Below, in pieces: positions 56,455 through 64,000 of a stretch of DNA of 64,000 nucleotides. The position numbers and the translations under genes are program-made. The stretch is from Eledone cirrhosa. Lineage: Eukaryota. Location of the stretch: contig OZ024741.1 in the NCBI GenBank assembly GCA_964016885.1, positions 63,674,001 through 63,738,000 of the forward strand. The letters run 5' to 3'. The notes under the pieces are model-generated. The model had not been told where the DNA came from. It ran no database searches and saw only the letters and a list, made by a program, of their open reading frames with translations. Position 1 is the first letter of the stretch. Each line of letters begins with the position of its first letter.

Positions 56455-56493
56455 AAAATGTATGACCCCGACGGCAGAGCTCAAGCCGTTTCG

Positions 56494-56795
56494 ATACTGC
56501 CAATCCATCGCCCTATAATAATTGTTTCTACTTTTGGCACAAGGCCATTAATTATCGCAGTGCACTGTTGGTACTTTATTTTATCGACCCCGTAAGGATG
56601 AAAGGCAAAGTTAACCTCGGCGGGATTTGAACTCAGATCTTAAAAGCATAGTTACGTTCCTTTAAGGTGTGAGTTCAAATCCCGCCGAGGTTAACTTTGC
56701 CTTTCATCCTTACGGGTCGATAAAATAAAGTACCAGTAATGCACTGGTTCGATTTAATCGACTTTACCCTCTCTCAAATTGATGGCCTTGTTCCT
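56494..56795. mobile_element. Head-to-head SINE pair
   Basis: Minus-strand copy 56518-56640 and plus-strand copy 56650-56795 form a near-perfect inverted repeat of the core. Confidence 0.82.
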
Positions 56796-57545
56796 ATAGT
56801 AGCCATTATAGTTATCTGCATTGTGCCATTATAGTTATCTGCATTAATACAACTTCCTCGTTTTTTTCTAAGATATATATATATATGGGAGTGTGTGTGT
56901 GTCTGTGTATGTATGTGTGTGCATATGTGTGTGCGTGTGTGTGTTTGTGTTTGTGCATTTGTGAATCTATATGTGTGTATGGTCACATGTGTATATATAA
57001 TTGTATGTGAGCGTGTATACGTATGAATGTATATTTGCATATGAATTGATGTATGTATGTACGCACATATGTATATGTGAGTAATTGTGCATACTTCCCA
57101 CTGACACATATATTTATATGCTAACATATACACAGTAAGATTCTCCCACATTCAAACATAACGTTAGATGCAGTATTCCGTTTTCAGATACTATATATAG
57201 AAATGTGCATTGAAATTTTCGGACGAACACGTGACCAAATCATCATTTTTAGGTGGGCGATCAAGTCTGCCAACGAGACACGTGATCACACCACCCTCAC
57301 ACATAAATATTTGAAAACAGCGTTTTTACGCCACCCTCCATATATTTATGTAATCTTGCTACCTGTGAATAAATATTCAGGTAATTGTTGTCGTTATTAT
57401 TATTGTTGTTATTATTATTATTATTGTTATTAATATATATGTGTGTATATATATGTATATATATATGTATGTGTATGTATATATATATATATATATTTTT
57501 TTTTTTTCTCGTGCAATGGCCATACTCGATAAGGAGGGGGCAGCC

Positions 57546-57634
<89 letters not shown>

Positions 57635-57675
57635 GATATTAAACAAATGGAAACTATATTTATAAAACCATATTT

Positions 57676-57739
57676 ATTTCATTATATATATTTCAGGGAT
57701 ACCATATTACAAATATGGTATGCCTTCCTCAGACAAAAT
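57676..57739 (-). ncRNA. Type-I hammerhead in a solo pLTR related to the Naiad at 35100-38110
   Basis: ATTTTGT-CTGAGGA-aGGcATACCATATT(tgt)AATATGGTATcCCt-GAAA-tatata-TA^ATGAAAT; downstream AATAAATATGGTTTTATAAATATAGTTTCCATTT matches 38061-38094. Confidence 0.82.
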
Positions 57740-57856
57740 ACAATATATAAACCGTTTATTAAATAAATTTGACATACCTAGAACAGTGCAACTTCCATTT
57801 AAAAAGTTGATTTGGTAGTGAAAATGTTGAGGACAGTTAAAAAGAAGGACGAAGAG

Positions 57857-57888
<32 letters not shown>

Positions 57889-58226
57889 GAAGAAAGAAAG
57901 TGTATAATGCTAAGGACAGTTAGAGAAGAAGATGAAGAGATGTATGTAAAGAAAACAACAGAGCGAGATAGAGAGAAAGAGATATGGGAGAGAGAAATAT
58001 ATTGAGGAAGTGAAAAATGATAGGCAGCTGCCACCCGTCTGTTTCGTTCTTTGTATCTTTACCCTTTCTAGCAGTCTCTCTCTCTGTTAGCCTCCTCTTC
58101 AACTTTCACTCACTCATTCTCTGTCACTACCTCTCCTCCTCCTCCTCCTCTTTCCTCCTCTTTCTTCCCGCTTGACCTTTCCGATTTCTTTTCTCGCGCG
58201 TTCTTGGTCAAGCCGGTATGACATTT

Positions 58227-58291
<65 letters not shown>

Positions 58292-58656
58292 CTCTCTCTC
58301 TCTCTCTCTCGTCTGCGACTTCACAGAACTTATGTTTACCGAATTCGTAGACCAGACGCCTTCTTCTTCCCCCCGTTAGACCTGTGCGAAATTCCTTCCT
58401 TGCTCACATTTCAACCAGGTTTGATGGTCTCTTGTTCACGATTTCACCGAGTTTATATTCATAGAAATCTGGGACTTGTCTCTTTCTTCTCACTTTCCGT
58501 TGCTTAAACCATTTTGTTTGTTCACCCTAACGTCCCCTTTATTTACGTGTCCTAACGACTTTTTTTAGCCGTTGTTCGCACCAACCTGAGGTATATGGCC
58601 CTTAAAGCGATGAAATGCCTGGGACGGTTGGAGGGTCACTGATGAAGGACTTACTT

Positions 58657-58710
<54 letters not shown>

Positions 58711-58714
<4 letters not shown>

Positions 58715-60020
58715 GGAAAAAATGAAACGAAATTTCATTTCCCACTTTTAGTACGGCTGTTACTTAAATATAAGTATGTACACGTACATACATATATGTA
58801 TACAGACGTACAGTAATATGTATATATATATACATACATGCACACATATATATATGTACGTATGGATTCACCGAACATTTATTATAATGCTCGGTGTGTT
58901 TGTAAACAAACATCCCTTATTAAGCCGTAGTGTCTAGCAACCATCGTTGCTCATTTGTTCAACACTGACAAAGGAACGCTATACTAGTTTCAAGCTTATT
59001 AGCTATCGTCACCAACGTATACCTTCCTGCCAGATTGTTGAACGTATATACTTACCTTATGCATATTAACGGCTGAGTAGCCCAATTTGCATATCGAGTG
59101 GGTTAATCGGCCGGGTGCAACGAAAACGATAAACGGGAAAAATGAAACGAAATTTCATTTCCCACTCTTAGTATGGCTGTTACTTAAATATAAGTATGTA
59201 CACGTGCATACATATATATATACAGACGTACAGTAGTATGTATATATATATACATACATGCACACATATATATATGTACGTATGGATTCACCGAACATTT
59301 ATTATAATGCTCGGTGTGTTTGTAAACAAACATCCCGTATTAAGCCGTAGTGTCTAACAACCATCGTTGTTCGTTTGTTCAACACTGACAAAGGAACGCT
59401 GTACTAGTTTCAAGCTTATTAGCTATCGTCAGCAACGTATACCTTCCTGCCAGATTGTTGAACGTATATACTTACCTTATGTACGTATACATACATAAAT
59501 ACTTACATTTAAGTATCAGCCGTACTAAGAGTGAGAAATAAAATTTAGTTTCATTCTATTCCATTTATCGTTTTCGGTGTGCCCGGCCGACTGAACTCAC
59601 TCGATATGCAAATTAGGCTGCTCAGCCGTTAATATGCATAAGGAAAATATATACTTTCAGACGTTCAACCATCTGGCAGAAAGGTATACTATGCTGGCGA
59701 TAGCTAATAAGCTTGAAACTAGTACATCGTTCCTGTGTTAGTGTTGAACAAAAAGGTGACGTGGTTGCCTAAACACTGTACGGCGTAATTCGGGCTGTTT
59801 GTTTACAAACGAACAAACCGAGCATTATAATAAATGTTCGGTAAACCGATACGTGCATATATATATATGTGTGCATGTATGTATATATATACATACTACT
59901 GTACGTCTGTATACATATATGTATGTACGTATACATACATACATACTTACATTTAAGTAAGTGCCGTACTAAGAGTGAGAAATGAAATTTCGTTTCATTC
60001 TATTCCATTTATCGTTTCGG
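58711..60020. mobile_element. Tandem and inverted array of the retrozyme-like unit (about 1.8 units minus, then 1.2 units plus)
   Basis: 420-bp period (58711/59131); inversion at ~59480; 444-bp period (59521/59965); HHRs at 58976-59018 (-, C3G), 59396-59438 (-, intact) and 59691-59727 (+, A6G). Confidence 0.9.
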
Positions 60021-60371
60021 TGTGCGCGTGTGTAGTAAGTAGTTAACGAAAGGAAAACCTCGGTTCTTACAGTTCAACATCTTTATGCATGGACGGATTA
60101 ATAGAAACATCTATATAAACAAGACATGTTCATAGCGCACCACTTTAATTTGGTGCTTAGGCAAATATTATTACACAGATATGATGGTATGCGATATCCA
60201 AAAAGAAAGAGTTTAATATCAATATCACAATTATACATTCATGGAACGTACTTAAGTGGTTCCTTGTAATCATTTCACAAACCTTATTATCAATAAATAA
60301 AATGGAAGGTTACAATTATATTTATCCCAAAATTGTTTCCACGGTGCAAATTTCCTTTTCCTTGAACGAGT

Positions 60372-60592
60372 GAATAATTTCCAAGGACTTGTGAGTGAAA
60401 ATATTCCTTCAGAAACTTGCTACAAAAAATATTTCCAAAGACTAGTGAGTGAAAATATTCCTTCTGAAACTTGCTACAAAAAATATTTCCAAGGACTAGT
60501 GAGTGAAAATATTCCTTCAGAAACTTGCTACAAAAAATATTTCCAAGGACTAGCGAGTGAAAATATTCCTTCAAAAACTTGCTATAAAAAAT
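60372..60592. repeat. 54-bp minisatellite, four copies
   Basis: CCAA(G/A)GACT.G.GAGTGAAAATATTCCTTC at 60381, 60435, 60489 and 60543. Confidence 0.92.
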
Positions 60593-61292
60593 ATAAAATG
60601 CATTCGAATGAATTATTACATATTTTTTATATATGTACCAAGGATAAAAAAAAAATACAAAATTATACATGACAAAATATAAGTAGAAAATATAAGGAAA
60701 GGGCAAAGAGACAAAAATATAATTAAAATAAATAAATAAGTGAAAGCAAAATATGAAAAGGGGAAATTTTGGACGAGAAACAGGGTTAGGGTATGAAAAA
60801 ATAAGGACACAAATAATGGGCGAACATTTTCGCGTATTTCAAGTTTCGTTAATGTCTGTAAGATTCACACCACTGGTACTGACAGAGAAAGACTGAGAGC
60901 TCAAAATATAAGACTCTACATGATTTTACTGTGTTTAAATGACTTGTTCTTTATGCATCATTATTCAAATGTCATATTTTACAACGCTTCCAATCGGAAC
61001 AATATATTTTTATATAGTATACAAAATCTATCCAAAACTATCTTCTTAGTGAAAAAAAATGGAAAATTAAATAATGAGAAAATGGGGTAGAGGGAAAGAT
61101 GAGCAGATCTGGATGTATGGGAAACAAGAACCTATATGGATTTCGCATAATGAACATTTACTGGAAATCTCGTTTGTATATACCAAATAGAAAACATCGG
61201 CTGGAAATGCTCATTTGCATATAATGTGAACATGGCTGGTTATAATTAATTGACAGTAGAAATAAGTGAGCGTCAATAGCACACACACACAG

Positions 61293-61389
<97 letters not shown>

Positions 61390-61489
61390 AGAAAGTATGA
61401 CCCCGACGGCAGAATATTCAAAACAACGAACAGCGGAGGACACGTTTCGCACCTTTCCGACAGACAACCTTTCCCCCACCCCGGAAAAA

Positions 61490-61774
61490 ACCCCAGTTGA
61501 TGGATGTGAATCCGAAATATATAGGGACAATTAAATCTCTCCCAAGGTAACTCTCTCTCGTGTTGTTATTTTTATTTTTATCCTTTACGCTCTTTCCTTC
61601 ATTCCTCTACACGTCTTATACACGCCACGCATCTCAACGTACACCCACTTACATCTCTCTCTCCACCACCGGATCTTGTTACCCGGAGATTTACCCATTT
61701 GCATTGTCGAGGCTTCCAAACGACTTAAAGAAATTTACCTTATTATTCCACAATGCTTCAAGCAAACTTCAATA

Positions 61775-61780
<6 letters not shown>
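61490..61780 (+). mobile_element. pLTR-like repeat with decayed HHR (homologue at 56160-56360)
   Basis: GGAT(gtga)ATCC-GAAA-tata-TA^GGG followed by shared CCAAGGTAACTCT..CGTGTT..CCGGAGATTTA..GCATTGT.GAGGCTTCCAAA. Confidence 0.6.
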
Positions 61781-61871
<91 letters not shown>

Positions 61872-62207
61872 GGCGAGAGAGAATTAACAAGAATCAAAGC
61901 TATGTTCAAAGCATTTATTCACTTACAATTGTTACATCCAAACCTAGGCTTGGAGTCTTCGGAGCATTTTTCAATGTTTGTACACATGATTGACCTCCTT
62001 TCCAACGCAAGAGACATACAGATACATATGTATATATTGATGTACAGTGGAGTGACATATATTATATTATATTTCTGTATAGTAATTCAAATTCAAAATC
62101 AAAATCACATTAGAACAAAATCAAAGCAAAACTGACCTTCACTGTTTAGGGTTTAAAATATATAAATATAAAAAGTTTTAGTATATACATAACCATAAAT
62201 AGTATCC

Positions 62208-62247
<40 letters not shown>

Positions 62248-62301
62248 TTATATTTATATACACACTCACACAAACACACTCATACCTCTAAACCCATATT
62301 C

Positions 62302-62390
<89 letters not shown>

Positions 62391-62456
62391 TTATATTTAT
62401 ATATTTATATTTATATACACACTCACACATACACACTCATACCTTCTAAACCCATA

Positions 62457-62518
<62 letters not shown>

Positions 62519-62544
62519 TATATAGATAATATAGAGTATATAGT

Positions 62545-64000
62545 CAAAGATCACCAAAACACCCAAAATAAATCACATAGGAGTAGAAATAGCACAGAAT
62601 CACCACCATACATACACTACCGCAATAGACACAATAATAGTCGCACACCACCAAACAGAAGGCGATGTAGGGAGTATATCTGGTACAACCCGGTCTATAA
62701 CAAATCTATTAAAACCAATCTACCCTCAAAATTCTTTCGATTAGTTAGAAAACACTTTCCAACATCACATAAATATAATAAAATCTTAAACCCTAACACT
62801 ATTCGACTTTCATATTCAACCGCCCCTAATATTGAACAACATATAAAAAAGCTTAACGCAAAACGGTTGTATAAACGCCTTCCAACACATAACAATACAC
62901 GTAAAACATTAGCTATAACATCACAAAACAACAAACAACATCCTGTCCTACATAAGCAACCTCATCAACCCATCCATGGCAATACAACAACGCAAGATTA
63001 TAATTGCAACTGTGTCCAACCAGGAATGTGTCCGTTGAACAATCAGTGTCTTGAACGCAACATCGTATACAAATGTACTATCGAATCGAATAGACAGAAG
63101 TGGTACTATGTGGGATCTACAGCCACCTCCTTCAAATCACGCCTTTATAGACATCGTTATTCGATAAAACATGAAAACCAGCGTTATGTAACAACACTCG
63201 CAGACAAGGCTTGGCAGCTGCGTGAAAATAACCAACAATTTCACCTAAAATGGGATATAATAGCGGCTGCCCCTTCCCCCCCCCCATATTCCAATGGACA
63301 GGAATTTTGTAAATTATGTAATGTAGAATTATTTTGTATTATGAAATCCAAAAACATTTTATTAAATAACAGAATAGAGCGATCGTTATACTGTAACCAT
63401 CGCTTAAAATCTACATTTTCATATTATAAATACTACCAGGATTGAACGCCTGTCTCTATCCCCGTTTGATTGTTAAAATAGATATGAACATTCTTTATTA
63501 GTCTTAATTCTATCAACTCTTCTATTATTTACCTTTTAATACAAACTGCTATAGATAAAATGAGATTTCTGATTTCTTGATTCAATTCCCTAATGCATAT
63601 ACCAGCTGGCTACTAGCATTGATGTTATTTAGTAGCAATCGAAATCTCCCCCTTCCCCAATTGACACTTTATAATTAATACTACTGCACCAAATGACCAG
63701 CCCTGTCCACTGTCCAGTTGGTCAAGTAGAGATTAAAATTGGCACTCCCAAAATTCTTATTTAGATTTACTCATGGTATTCTCATTAAAAACCCATTATA
63801 TACTTGTTTAGCAGTAAATTATTTTACCATCTGTCATATTCTATCCCCTCTGTTCCTTCCTCTTTTACTAATATAAATACTTCAATTTTTCTGATTTTAT
63901 CCAGTTTATCCAAAATCTCTGAAGAAGTGACAACTGATTATACATTTGCTATCGAATACTTGCTAACATTATATGATTACGCAAGCAGCGGTACATAGGT
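62545..64000 (+). mobile_element. 5'-truncated Naiad-type PLE running off the window
   Basis: IWYNPVYN..IKTNL..FF, IRLSYST, then GIY-YIG and a pLTR with an HHR. Confidence 0.9.
62867..63445 (+). pseudogene. PLE GIY-YIG endonuclease (open frame, N-terminally truncated)
   Basis: CNC..CPLNNQCL..IVYKC..YVGST..FKSRL..H..WDII..CKLC..E..LLN.R.E..CNH. Confidence 0.9.

Noticed and set aside
60120-60185. Minus-strand GAA-catg-TC with an adjacent hairpin as an HHR
   Set aside because: The core lacks an A and there is no CUGANGA-like strand.
60290-60706. ORFs with 18-aa repeats; CRISPR-like appearance
   Set aside because: A contiguous 54-bp minisatellite without unique spacers; no cas genes and a eukaryotic context.

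Overview
AT-rich, microsatellite-dense animal DNA with no recognisable host protein-coding exon. The Deu/Nin-core tRNA SINEs and the repeat landscape suggest a cephalopod (octopod-like) genome; this is an inference. Almost all interpretable sequence is mobile DNA, sorted into two microsatellite niches. (1) An (AAT)n nest at about 6.5-21.4 kb holds three R4/Dong-type RLE LINEs, a near full-length L1/Tx1 LINE and SINEs. (2) (TA)n tracts throughout hold Penelope-like elements (PLEs; Naiad-type RT and GIY-YIG) and many short non-coding derivatives. Reading both strands by eye, I find over 20 type-I hammerhead ribozyme (HHR) motifs from about 13 unrelated sequence families. They include U3-A8 and U4A core variants, large branched helix-II insertions and palindromic helix-III loops. 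One family is a 420-445 bp tandem, circularly permuted unit that looks like a circRNA-forming retrozyme. Most TA-inserted elements share the layout (TA)n-[inverted arm]-[HHR-sense arm]-[tail]-(TA)n, with TA microhomology at the inversion junction. RTE, CR1-like, mariner, Tc1-type MITE and Helitron remnants are also present. All structures were folded by eye and boundaries are approximate.
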